32,000 nt of DNA from a cyanobacterium endosymbiont of Epithemia turgida isolate EtSB Lake Yunoko (GCF_000829235.1 NZ_AP012549.1:870001-902000); one strand, 5' to 3'; counted from the stretch's first letter, positions 1 through 9,791 are shown. Notes: a model not told the origin generated them from the sequence alone. Made by a program: numbers and translations.

Positions 1-183
1 CAATTGAAAACGTTGCTTCCCCTATTTCAAGATCATCCCGATATCACTAAACTTTTAGGGCAAAAAGCACGACAACGAGTTTTGGAAAAATATAACCTCA
101 GTGATAACATTATCCATTTGGAGCAAGTATATACTCAAGTACTACAACAGTCGAGTTTTACTATCCTGGGTTCTTTATTTTAA
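1..183 (+). CDS. 3' end of a glycosyltransferase-like gene (partial, runs off the left edge)
   Basis: Frame 1 is open from base 1 to TAA at 181-183 (QLKTLLPLFQDHPDITKLLGQKARQRVLEKYNLSDNIIHLEQVYTQVLQQSSF...). The ARxRVxEKY tail resembles group-1 glycosyltransferase C-termini. Composition is coding-like compared with the AT-rich spacer that follows. The family call is by recall only. Confidence 0.45.
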   Translation, partial: QLKTLLPLFQDHPDITKLLGQKARQRVLEKYNLSDNIIHLEQVYTQVLQQSSFTILGSLF

Positions 184-336
184 ATTTTGAATAAAGAGTA
201 ACTGTCGTCTCAAATTGAGATCTTTATTTTCGGTGAATTACTCCGTTGAAATCTCTCCATAGAAAATTTGAAGCTATAATAGAACTATACATTCTAGTGT
301 AATGTTACTCAAATTAGAATGAATTATTCTGAAGTT

Positions 337-384
337 ATCGTCCATCGCTTTCTTTGTCCTCTTTCCAGAAAAGCGATGGACGAT
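337..384. repeat. 15-bp perfect inverted repeat, 18-nt loop, relatively GC-rich
   Basis: The arms are ATCGTCCATCGCTTT (337-351) and AAAGCGATGGACGAT (370-384). The repeat is embedded in a 33-codon ORF (319-420) about 150 nt downstream of the glycosyltransferase stop. Confidence 0.9.
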
Positions 385-1380
385 TGTCTCAAGTATACTG
401 GTATTACTAAAAGATCATAGAATTTAGAATAAAGACTATTATTGTTTATTGAGTTTTGTATATAGAGATGAACAATTATTTAGCAAAACATACAACATTA
501 AAATAGTACATACTCCTATTGATTAATATTATTTTTAAAAATGAGTAGTTATTTTAAGTTCTGTTTTATTTATCCTGAATTTTACTTTATCAAAATTTCT
601 TTACAAGAATACAGTTAAAGCAATTATATTATCAATTATAATGATAATATATAAAATGATTAATGTGCTATATTCATGATATGATACCTATTGGTCAACT
701 TTAAACAATTGATACGGCAGATACATTTTTTTAAAAAAAATAAATAATTAGAGAAAAAAATATGTCAGCATCATTATAAATATTAATATCTTTTTAGATA
801 AGCTGATTTAAACAAACTGATTATACTTCAATTTAATAGAGATTAAATTTAACAGGGCAGAAAAGCGGCAATTATTAAATATAAATCTGAGTTTATAAGA
901 AATAACTTCATCGACCTTAATGAGAAAATTTAAATCACTACAAATAGGTAGTTTAAAAGTTTTAGGACAGGAGTTAGTAGAAAAAAATAGATTTTAGTTG
1001 ATATTTATAATAATATTTATCACGTTTTTCACCAAATATAATAAATTATATTTGGTTACTTTTACACATACTTTAATTAATGAAAATAAAAATATTTTTA
1101 GCTAATAAATTTAATGCTTACTTTTATAGCAAATATGGTCATAATGTGGTTAATTTAATTTAATAATTAACTGAAGCATAAAGCCGCACTGTTTTAAGTG
1201 TTACTTGCGATAATCGAATTTTGGATATGGCTGCCCGTATTATTAAGCTAGGATATGGATATCTAGCAACCTAAGCTGTTTACTTTCAATTGTAGTTAGT
1301 GTGTAGCTCGGTAAAGTGAGTAAAGGCAATAGAAGCTAAAAATTATCAAAAAAACGAAGTTTAATGTCTATCTTATAAAG

Positions 1381-2664
1381 TTATAGGATATCCCGTTTTA
1401 AATATTGTTGTAAAACATCAGGAACTTTAACAGTTCCATCAGGGGTTTGATAATTCTCTAAAATAGCAGCCATAGTACGACCAATTGCCAACCCTGAACC
1501 ATTTAAAGTATGGACATATTGAGTGCCTTTTTTGCCTTTTTCTCTAAAGCGAATATTAGCTCGTCTTCCCTGAAAATCTCCACAATTAGAGCAACTTGAA
1601 ATCTCTCGATAGGTTCCTGAGGATGGCAACCAGACCTCTAAGTCGTAACATTTATTCGCCCCAAACCCTAAATCACCTGTACACAATTCCAAAACTCGAT
1701 AGGGCAATTTTAAGGCTTTTAAAATTGCTTCAGCGTTGTTCACTAAACTTTGGTGTTCCGCATCAGACGTTTGAGGATGAACTATCTTCACTAACTCCAC
1801 TTTATTAAACTGATGAAGACGAATTAGTCCACGAGTATCTTTTCCATAACTCCCTGCTTCCCGTCGAAAGCAAGGGGTATAGGCGCAATGTTTTATAGGA
1901 AGTTGTTCCGCTTTCAATATTTCCTCTCGATATAAATTAATTAAAGGAACTTCAGCGGTAGGGGCTAACCAGAGGTCATCTTCGCTACATTTAAAGCTTT
2001 CTTCGGCAAATTTTGGTAATTGTCCAGTGCCCTCCAAAGAAGTGCTATTAATTAAGACAGGGGGCATCACTTCAACATAACCCACCTCTACCTGACGATC
2101 AAGCATAAAATTAATTAGAGTACGTTCTAGAGCCGCCCCTACTCCCATTAGGGCAATAAAACGACTTTGTGCTATTTTTACCGCTTTTTCTACTTCTAAA
2201 ATACCTAATCTTTCGGCCACTTCCCAGTGGGGAAGAACTTCAATCTTTGGTAGATACTCGTCTCCCCAGCGACGGACTTCTACATTTTCTGTTTCATTTT
2301 TGCCTAGGGGAGTCGAGTCACTCGGAAGGTTAGGAAGCTGAAGTAATAGAGTTTCTATCTCATATTTTATTTTTTTCTCTCGGTGTTCTAATGCATTTAT
2401 TTGTTTTTTTAAGTTATTGCCTTCAATTTTAAGGATTTTAATTTCTTCCTCTTTGGGGTTACTTCCACTTTTAATCTTCTGTCCAATGAGGTTTCCAATT
2501 TCGTTACTACGGGCCTGTAATTTGGTTCGAGTTACTTCTAATTCACGCGAAGCACGATCACGGTCTAAAATAGAACTCAAATCATATTCACTGTAACCAC
2601 TGCGACGATTGAGACGTTCTTGAATATGTTCTGGATTTTCTCGAATCTGTTTTAAATCTAACAC
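1381..2664 (-). CDS. serS: seryl-tRNA synthetase
   Basis: 427-aa ORF with a full-length class-II SerRS pattern: [13 protein letters not shown]-terminus, coiled-coil arm, [25 protein letters not shown] and [21 protein letters not shown] motifs. The start codon is GTG at 2664. Confidence 0.97.
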   Translation of the reverse strand: MLDLKQIRENPEHIQERLNRRSGYSEYDLSSILDRDRASRELEVTRTKLQARSNEIGNLIGQKIKSGSNPKEEEIKILKIEGNNLKKQINALEHREKKIKYEIETLLLQLPNLPSDSTPLGKNETENVEVRRWGDEYLPKIEVLPHWEVAERLGILEVEKAVKIAQSRFIALMGVGAALERTLINFMLDRQVEVGYVEVMPPVLINSTSLEGTGQLPKFAEESFKCSEDDLWLAPTAEVPLINLYREEILKAEQLPIKHCAYTPCFRREAGSYGKDTRGLIRLHQFNKVELVKIVHPQTSDAEHQSLVNNAEAILKALKLPYRVLELCTGDLGFGANKCYDLEVWLPSSGTYREISSCSNCGDFQGRRANIRFREKGKKGTQYVHTLNGSGLAIGRTMAAILENYQTPDGTVKVPDVLQQYLKRDIL

Positions 2665-3275
2665 AGAAGACTCAACCCCTTAACTAAAATTTTTCCTCTG
2701 TTAGGATAGCCGATTTTGGGCAATGTATTGAAATGGTCTTTATTTATTTTTAGACTCTAGGTTAGACAAGTGAAAGAGTTTTTTAAAAAAAATATAAATA
2801 ATCGAATACTTACCCCATAAAAGTACTCTTTAATTGGTGGTCATAAAGTTAATAAATATTTATCTATTTCAATTCATCGCAAATATATTATTCAGTGCTA
2901 CTAAAATATTAAGTAAGATCAAAATATCGTATCAATGCTATGCATGTATCCCAAATATTATACCATCTACCGATTCAAATAAACTTAAATTTTGGGAAAG
3001 TTATAAACATAAATATAAAAAATTAAGTTATTATTAAATATATTTTTAGGGATCATCAATAAACCTTTATTTCTATTCTAGAAAAACCTTCTTAATTGTT
3101 TAATTCCTAAAATTTTTCTTGTATTTTAAGGGAATAAAGTTTAATAATTATATTATAAAGCTGAGTATTTTTATTTAGAGATAAATAAACTCTTTGCTAA
3201 AAAAATAATAAACAGATTATCTAATATGGTTGTAAAACCTATTTTAGTAGGTTTATTTTAAAGGAGAACAATACC

Positions 3276-3320
3276 ATATTTTAGTTATAAAAAAATGTAA
3301 TTTTTTTATAACTAAAATAT
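3276..3320. repeat. 20-bp perfect inverted repeat, 5-nt loop (all A/T except one G:C pair)
   Basis: The sequence is ATATTTTAGTTATAAAAAAA-TGTAA-TTTTTTTATAACTAAAATAT. Its core AAAAAATGTAATTTTTTT recurs at 3394-3411. Confidence 0.9.
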
Positions 3321-3788
3321 AATTAATTATTGCTGCTGGCAATATTATAAGTCATAACTAGAATTAGTCAAACTAGAATGGAAGAAGTAAAATAAAAAAT
3401 GTAATTTTTTTGTTAATAAAGTTTGCTCTAATTAGATAGATTTATTTTTATTAAAAATATTTAAACATAAATAAATAACTTAAATACAAGTATATATCAA
3501 ACATCAATCAGGAGGTTAATTATGACATTAATTATTTAAAAAATGTTAATTTTGCTATTGACTCGGCTATCTTAATTTCATCTAAAATTAAATATTAAAA
3601 AATAATTTAGTTAAATGTATAATCACTATTCTTCTTTTTTTTAGCTTAATTATTATCTTGGAACATAATCTTCAGATAATAACTTATTCAGTAATTACAA
3701 TAATTTTGTGAGAGTTGATAACCATTATTGGTTAGTAACTATTAAATATAGTATACATCTTCTATTTATTATTCATAGGAGTGACTGA

Positions 3789-4035
3789 ATGATTGTTTTA
3801 TTTTTAAGTTTATCGAGTTAACTAAAAATCACGCAAAATTCTATATTGAATTATGTTGAACACTAGAGATGCTCTATTAAAAATGTTAAAACAAGGATTT
3901 TTTTATTTTCATAAATCTACTGATCGTCATCCTATGGTTGGTAAAAAATGATGTTGATCGAGTATCTTGTACCAAGATTTAATAAAAATTAGTTTTGCTC
4001 GATTGTTCTTGTCTATGAAATCACTAATTCTCCCT
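3789..4035 (+). pseudogene. degraded OmpR/CheY-type response-regulator receiver domain (remnant)
   Basis: A GGAG-like RBS precedes ATG 3789. The broken frames read M-IVL..KFIELT, then NTRDALLKMLKQ..., then (frameshift) GKNDVDRVSCTKI. This is the expected order of receiver-domain blocks (xFIELxL, DGxEALxxLxQ, MPGxDGxEVCxxIR), interrupted by stops and frameshifts and much too short. The FIELT codons match the second RR remnant at 25768-25783. Confidence 0.4.
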
Positions 4036-4050
4036 ATCTATCCTGTACTC

Positions 4051-4494
4051 TAAAATGAGGACAAGGTGTTGCTCATTGATCAAGTGTTATTGCCTTATAA
4101 ATATTACCTTGGTAGAAATTATTCCTTATGAAAACATGGCTAAAGCCATTAAAACTATGATTTTCAGGGTGTTCCCAACTATTGGGATTACGGCGGCTTA
4201 TGGCATATGTTTAGGGGCGAGGGAGATTCAAACGAGACAAGTAGATAAGTTTTTAATACATCTTGAATTATCTACCATTGACTTTGACGTGGAGAACGGA
4301 GATAAAATTCCTATCGAGGAAAGTCATCCATCTGAAATTTACCAAGTAGGAGAGACTCAAGTTGGTCTCAATGATATTGGTTTGGTTATCATAATCCAGT
4401 TTTTGACATTATGCCAACCAGTTTAATTGATGCCATTTTTACAGAAAAAGGGGTTATTAAGCCGAATGAACTTTTAAAGCTCAAAAAAGGTTAA
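4051..4494 (+). pseudogene. mtnA: methylthioribose-1-phosphate isomerase remnant (frameshifts plus a large internal deletion)
   Basis: Frame a reads NEDKVLLIDQVLLPYKY then stop. Frame b (track ORF 4055-4426) reads YENMAKAIKTMIFRVFPTIGITAAYGICLGAREIQT, compared with the conserved MtnA block DMAxAIKxMxVRGAPAIGxxAAYGxxLGA. It then jumps directly to C-terminal-type sequence IPIEESHPSEIYQVGETQV. Frame c reads YHNPVFDIMPTSLIDAIFTEKGVIKPNELLKLKKG then stop at 4492-4494 (NPAFDVTPxxLIxxIITEKGV motif). About 145 codons remain of a gene that is normally about 350. Confidence 0.75.
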
Positions 4495-4691
4495 TTCCCA
4501 TCACTGAGTGCACTCATAGTAATAGCTGTCTAATTGCTCAGATATTTTTCACTAAAGTGTTTGGTTAACTGTTACAGTTGTAGTTCTTTTGAACTTATTT
4601 TACAATCTAAATTTAGATATGAGCTAAAAATATGAAACAATAAGATAAATTTGATTAAATTCTGAATAACCAATTATCATAATGAAATTCT

Positions 4692-5213
4692 ATGTCCACT
4701 GTAACTAATACTGATATGACTCAAACCTCTCAAGAGTTAAGTAAAAACAAACAAGAATCAATAGAAAATTTTTCCATTAAAACAACTTTTACCGTTCAAG
4801 AAATCCAAGAATTACTTCCCCATCGCTATCCTTTTGCATTGGTTGATCGCATTATTGATTATGTCCCTGGAAAAAAAGCTGTCGGGATTAAAAATGTGAC
4901 CATTAATGAGCAGTTTTTTGCTGGACATATTCCTATTCGTCCCATTATGCCAGGAGTATTAATTATAGAATCGATGGCGCAAGTTGGAGGGGTTATTTTA
5001 ACTTTACTTCCTGATATGAAAGGTGAATTTTTTGTTTTTGCAGGTATTGACAAAGTTCGTTTTCGCTTTCCTGTAGTTCCAGGAGATCAGTTAGTTATGA
5101 CGGTAGAATTATTAAAATTCAAACAGAATCGCATTGCTAAAATGAAAGGGCAAAGTGTAGTTGATAAACAAGTAGTTGTCCAAGCAGAGATGTTGTTTTC
5201 TAGATTTCATTAA
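4692..5213 (+). CDS. fabZ: 3-hydroxyacyl-ACP dehydratase
   Basis: 173-aa ORF with the FabZ hot-dog motifs [40 protein letters not shown] and [17 protein letters not shown]. Confidence 0.95.
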   Translation: MSTVTNTDMTQTSQELSKNKQESIENFSIKTTFTVQEIQELLPHRYPFALVDRIIDYVPGKKAVGIKNVTINEQFFAGHIPIRPIMPGVLIIESMAQVGGVILTLLPDMKGEFFVFAGIDKVRFRFPVVPGDQLVMTVELLKFKQNRIAKMKGQSVVDKQVVVQAEMLFSRFH

Positions 5214-5924
5214 ATCCTTAAAATTTTTAGTAGTAACCTGGTAGTTTTAAAGTGGATGTAAATCCTAGTTAATATCCATAATTATTATGATTAAATTATG
5301 CTATGCAAACTTTAAACAAGTATTTAAATAAAATAAATAAAAAGGTAACGTTGTTATTGTTGCTGCTGTAGGAATGATAAATAATAGTTAAACTAGGACT
5401 AACGATTATCTAAGTTAAGACAATACTCAAGATTCTTCCAGTCATTAAATTCTCGTTAGATCACAAAACAAGGTTTTCTATATTTCTATTTATTGGTACT
5501 CAATCTCTGAATAATAACTGTTTAAAATTATGTTTTAATATTTCTTCCTGTGTCAATCAATAATGGAGTAGAAAATACTAAAGTAAAAACATAATTTAAA
5601 CCAGTTTTATAGCTTATAGCAACTAATACTGAATGCAGTAACCGAGTTTATTGCCAAGAAATTCACAGTAAAAAAATACGCTTTTAATCAATTATCATCA
5701 ATAAATTTTAAAGTAATCATAGTCTTCTAATTAGACAGCTACTATTTTAGATACATCTTATATTTTTCTTTCTAAGGAATACAAAATATTATTAATAATT
5801 ACGTTCTATAATATATTTTTGGTGCACCCTACAATGGGTAAAGCTGATAAGTTTTGATGTTAAATGAGTCGAGCAAATGCTTATTAAAGAGTGCCAATAT
5901 TAAAAATATACTATATACTTTTTC

Positions 5925-5969
5925 AGTATTTAATCCTAGCTTGCTCAGGACAAGCTAGGATTAAATACT
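5925..5969. repeat. 19-bp perfect inverted repeat, 7-nt loop
   Basis: The sequence is AGTATTTAATCCTAGCTTG-CTCAGGA-CAAGCTAGGATTAAATACT. It sits in the spacer between the convergent fabZ and mgtE genes. Confidence 0.9.
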
Positions 5970-6401
5970 TTAAGAAGATAATTCTTAGTAGTTAGCGTAG
6001 TTTATATGTTTGATCAGAAAAAAACTAACCTCAGATACTTTAAATAATTTAATTAGAATATTCCTCTTTGTACTTTCTTTGCTGTTAATGTCTAAGTACG
6101 TTGAGTATATTAGGAAGTGATTAGGTGCCCTGTATATAGTATACTGAAGAGCTTATCAATTTATAAAACTTGTCAATTTTTACCTTTAAAGTTTATTTAC
6201 TTAGCATCTCACTAGTTAGTTTTACATCAAAAGTTCGGTAAAATTTTAATAAAAAATGGTGCCTCTTTAATAGATTTTTTATTTTAGTAATGATCTAAGT
6301 TAACAACAAACGATATTTTTAATATTACTTTTTAACTTTTTTAAAAAATATTTTATGCATCTATTATTAATATTTAACTACGTTATTTATGGATAAAAAT
6401 T

Positions 6402-7790
6402 TTATACTCCTAGAAATATTTTAGCCAGATTTAGATAAATAACAATTCCTAAAATATCAACAATAGTAGTAATAAAAGGAGCAGACATTAAGGCCGGATC
6501 TAAACCAAAAGATTTAAAAATATAGGGAAATGCTGCCCCAGCTGTTGCAGCAATTATAGTAATTACCAATAAACTTATTCCTACTGTTAAACCTACTTCT
6601 TGGTGTCCAAAAAATAAAAAAATACCAATGACAACTAAGGGTCCTAAAACAATTCCCAATAATGCACCACTAATTAATTCACGAATAATAACACTAACAG
6701 GTTTTTTGTCCCTTAAAGCTTCTGTACTTAATCCCCGAATAACAACAGTCGAAGATTGCGCTCCTACATTTCCTCCTGCGCCAATTAGTAAAGGTGTAAA
6801 AAAGGCTAGGGCAACAGCTTCATCTAATACCGCTTCATACTGACTTAGAATAATTACCGTTACTGAGTTGGTTATTAACAATAATAACAGCCAAGGAATC
6901 CGTTTTTTCACTACTTCAAATAGTCCTACTTGGAAGTAGTTATCTCCTTGAGATTCTACTGCTACCATTTTATAAAAGTCTTCGGTTACTTCTTCTTGTA
7001 TTATGTCAATAACATCATCAACAGTAATAACCCCTAACAGATTTTCATCTTTATCCACAATTGGTAAAGCTAATAAGTCATAACGTTGAATAAGTCTAGC
7101 AACTTCTTCTTGATCAGTATCAGTGTAAGTATAAATTACATCCTGTGTCATAATTTCTCCTAAAGTTTGATCCGGTTCAGCAATAATTAAATCTTTAAGG
7201 GATAAAATGCCAATGAGACGTTTATTAGTATCTGTCACATAAATGTAATAATTAACTTCTGATTTATGAGCTAATGTTCTAAGTTTTCCTTGTGCTTGGG
7301 TTGCCGTTAAATATTCTTTAAGGGCAATATATTCAGGGGTCATAAGTCGCCCTGCATTGTCGCTTTGGTAACCTAATAGAAGAGCAGTGACCTCTCGTTC
7401 TTTTGGGGCAATTTGAGCAATTAACCTTCGGACTAATTTAGGTGGTAATTCATCAAATAATTTAGCCCGATCATCCGGAGACATATCATTGACAATAGCG
7501 ATGGCTTCTTGATCATGAAATTCTTGAATTAATGATTGTTGTACTATCGGATCAAGATATTCATAAACATCTATTGCTTCTAATTTTGTTAAAAGACGAA
7601 AAGCTATTATCTGTAAAGTTTTTGGCAAGTCTTCAATGGCTTCAGCAATATCCACAGGTTGAACAGGAATAAGCAAAGTTTTAACCCCTTCATAATTTTT
7701 CTGCTCCAATAAAAGTTGAAGTTGGACGCAAACTAATTCTCTAAGTTCACTATGAGAACCAATAGAAGTGGTCGTATCAGCATTCGTCAT
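6402..7790 (-). CDS. mgtE: magnesium transporter MgtE
   Basis: 462-aa ORF with an MgtE N-domain, tandem CBS region (RLMTPEYIALK..., LPIVDKDENLLGVITVDDVIDIIQEE) and a C-terminal 5-TM domain (LIGAGGNVGAQSSTVVIRGL, PFITTIVDILGIVIYL). An AGGAG RBS lies 7 nt upstream (7798-7803, minus strand). Confidence 0.95.
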   Translation of the reverse strand: MTNADTTTSIGSHSELRELVCVQLQLLLEQKNYEGVKTLLIPVQPVDIAEAIEDLPKTLQIIAFRLLTKLEAIDVYEYLDPIVQQSLIQEFHDQEAIAIVNDMSPDDRAKLFDELPPKLVRRLIAQIAPKEREVTALLLGYQSDNAGRLMTPEYIALKEYLTATQAQGKLRTLAHKSEVNYYIYVTDTNKRLIGILSLKDLIIAEPDQTLGEIMTQDVIYTYTDTDQEEVARLIQRYDLLALPIVDKDENLLGVITVDDVIDIIQEEVTEDFYKMVAVESQGDNYFQVGLFEVVKKRIPWLLLLLITNSVTVIILSQYEAVLDEAVALAFFTPLLIGAGGNVGAQSSTVVIRGLSTEALRDKKPVSVIIRELISGALLGIVLGPLVVIGIFLFFGHQEVGLTVGISLLVITIIAATAGAAFPYIFKSFGLDPALMSAPFITTIVDILGIVIYLNLAKIFLGV

Positions 7791-8161
7791 TATTAATACT
7801 CCTTTATTTATGGATTTATACTATACTCAGTTTAAAGGCAAAACAGCTTATTTTTGAAAATTATTTAAGCTCTGATTGTCAAATTCTAATATTTCGTCTT
7901 CATAGGTTTAAAAAATCTTGATTTTTTATTCTTACAATAATTCCTCATGATTAATTATTTGATTCTTAGAATTCATTAATAAAAAATAAAACTATTAGAT
8001 AAAAATAGAAAAAATATTTTATATATTATGAATATCCTTGATTGTGGTAAGATTATAGGCTAAGGAAACCCTGATTATGTAATAGTAAGGTATAGAATAC
8101 AACCTTTATAAAAGTAGTTAGTTAGTCCGAATTTTTTAGCAGATTTAGTAATGAATTAAGT

Positions 8162-8692
8162 ATGAAACATACCCTATCTGTTCTAGTTGAAGACGAAGCC
8201 GGAGTTTTGACTCGAATTGCAGGCTTATTTGCACGTCGTGGCTTCAATATTGAAAGTTTAGCTGTCGGTCCTACTGAGACAGTGGGAATCTCCCGTATAA
8301 TCATGGTTGTCCCTGGAGATAATGACAGTATTGAACAGTTGACTAAACAACTGTACAAGCTAATTAACGTCCTTAAAGTCAATAATATTACTCAGACTCC
8401 CTGTGTAGAACGGGAATTGATACTCGTTAAAGTTAATGCATCGGCTTCTAATCGTGCCGAAGTAATTGAACTAGCCCAGGTGTTTCGAGCTAGAATTGTC
8501 GACATTTCTGAGGAGACAGTTACCATCGAAGTGGTCGGTGATCCTGGTAAAATAGTAGCCATTGTCCAAATGTTAAACAAATTTGGGCTTAAAGAAGTAG
8601 CACGAACCGGAAAAATTGCTCTAGTTCGAGAATCTGGCGTTAATACAGAATATTTGAAATCCCTCGAGGCAAAACTTCAAAGTTTTTCTTGA
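8162..8692 (+). CDS. ilvH: acetolactate synthase small (regulatory) subunit
   Basis: 176-aa ORF. It has the ACT-domain start [39 protein letters not shown] and the conserved [10 protein letters not shown] and FRARIVDIS blocks of IlvH/IlvN. Confidence 0.94.
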   Translation: MKHTLSVLVEDEAGVLTRIAGLFARRGFNIESLAVGPTETVGISRIIMVVPGDNDSIEQLTKQLYKLINVLKVNNITQTPCVERELILVKVNASASNRAEVIELAQVFRARIVDISEETVTIEVVGDPGKIVAIVQMLNKFGLKEVARTGKIALVRESGVNTEYLKSLEAKLQSFS

Positions 8693-8892
8693 TAAATTGA
8701 TTTGAGTAAGTTTTCTAATTGTTCCTCTCGACAAAGTTTAATCAGCTCATGGAAAGCCTCTAATAATTTTGCACAACTATCTCCATGCATGGGGCTTAAC
8801 CCCCAAACATCGTCAACCCAATCTTGTGGACAAGTATCCTCAAAAATAAGGCGTTCTAGAAGTTGTTTGATTTCGGTTTTGGACATAGTCAT
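8677..8892 (-). CDS. hypothetical small protein (71 aa)
   Basis: This ORF has coding-like composition in an otherwise AT-rich neighbourhood. It converges on ilvH and overlaps its last 16 nt. I recognise no family. The + strand ORF over the same DNA (8702-9028) looks like its shadow. Confidence 0.4.
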   Translation of the reverse strand: MTMSKTEIKQLLERLIFEDTCPQDWVDDVWGLSPMHGDSCAKLLEAFHELIKLCREEQLENLLKSIYQEKL

Positions 8893-9251
8893 TTTTATTA
8901 AAAATCACTTAATTATTATTAATATGAACGAAAAAGTTGAGAGTGCAAGATCCCAGTTTTTAACCATGGGGATAAGCTCGACAGGCAATTTATTGCAGTC
9001 TCACAAAATCTATACTAGCTTATATTAATACCAACAATATCAGCACTAAATGATAATCTGTAAATTTAAATTCAAAGAAAAAAGCCAACAATACCAACCC
9101 ATTGGTGAGAAAATAAAAAAGGCTTAATTTATCCGTAATAAATACTTACAATCCCAGAATATTCTAATATAGAGCTTTGGGTACAATGGGCAACAATGAA
9201 CTAGCTCTCAAATGCAAGTTTTTGTAGGGATTGCTTCGCTACCATTGGCGG

Positions 9252-9285
9252 TTCGCCAAAGTTATAGCAAGATAACTCTGGCGAA
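9252..9285 (-). terminator. hairpin about 40 nt downstream of the DUF2237 gene (possible terminator or 3' stabiliser)
   Basis: The arms are TTCGCCAAAGTTAT (9252-9265) and ATAACTCTGGCGAA (9272-9285), 14 bp with one mismatch. That mismatch becomes a G-U pair only in the minus-strand transcript. No U-tract follows on the minus strand. Confidence 0.3.
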
Positions 9286-9324
9286 AAAGGAATTTCTCAA
9301 GTCATATTTGTTTGATGGAGAAGA

Positions 9325-9690
9325 TTAATTCAACTCATATTGTTTTAGCTCACTGAAAGAAACTATTTCTAGTGCTCTGACATGAGTTGCTTCTAGGATA
9401 ATTCGGGGAGCAACCCCAACTTCTAAGGCTTCTTGCCAGCGTGACCCACACAAACACCAGCGATCACCTGGTTTTAGCCCAGGAAAATTGTACTGAGGAA
9501 TAGGAGTGCTAAGATCATTACCCTGAGACTTAGTGAATTCAAGAAATGCTAAACTCATTTGGGCACAAACAACATGGGCCCCGTAGTCTTGACCCCCTGT
9601 ACGACAATAGCCGTCTCGATAATATCCCGTCATCGGAGAAGTGCAACATGCAATCAATTTAGTCCCCAAGACGTTTTTAGCTTCTGTCAT
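9325..9690 (-). CDS. DUF2237-family protein
   Basis: The ORF matches the remembered DUF2237 pattern (NVLGTKLIACCTSPMTGYYRDGYCRTGGQDYGAHVVCA...GNDLSTP...FPGLKPGDRWCLCGSRWQEA). I prefer the internal ATG at 9690 (MTEAKNVLG), which has AGGAG 8 nt upstream, over the track start at 9723. Confidence 0.8.
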   Translation of the reverse strand: MTEAKNVLGTKLIACCTSPMTGYYRDGYCRTGGQDYGAHVVCAQMSLAFLEFTKSQGNDLSTPIPQYNFPGLKPGDRWCLCGSRWQEALEVGVAPRIILEATHVRALEIVSFSELKQYELN

Positions 9691-9755
9691 CTCTGTACTC
9701 CTATTCAGAGAATTACATCTCAAATGATACTATCATACCAGTATTAATATCAAAA

Positions 9756-9791
9756 AAATATGTTTGGATTAAACTTAATCCAAACATATTT
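9756..9791 (-). terminator. 17-bp perfect hairpin with a T-tract on the minus strand (orphan intrinsic-terminator-like element)
   Basis: The sequence is AAATATGTTTGGATTAA-AC-TTAATCCAAACATATTT. The plus strand is preceded by CAAAAAAA, so the minus-strand RNA would be a hairpin running into a U-tract. No intact minus-strand gene lies upstream of it (9792-11925 is ORF-free). Confidence 0.35.

Noticed and set aside
4055-4426. The 123-aa ORF as a genuine hypothetical protein.
   Set aside because: It is a composite of MtnA N- and C-terminal blocks with flanking MtnA sequence in other frames. It is annotated as part of the mtnA pseudogene instead. The same logic applies to 19808-20149 (kinase fragment) and 22737-22928 (adaptor-protein fragment).
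7791-8161. M-box (ykoK) Mg2+ riboswitch or another leader structure upstream of mgtE.
   Set aside because: The 370-bp divergent mgtE/ilvH region is plain AT-rich sequence, without the conserved GC-rich helices I would expect for an M-box. Only an AGGAG RBS is evident.
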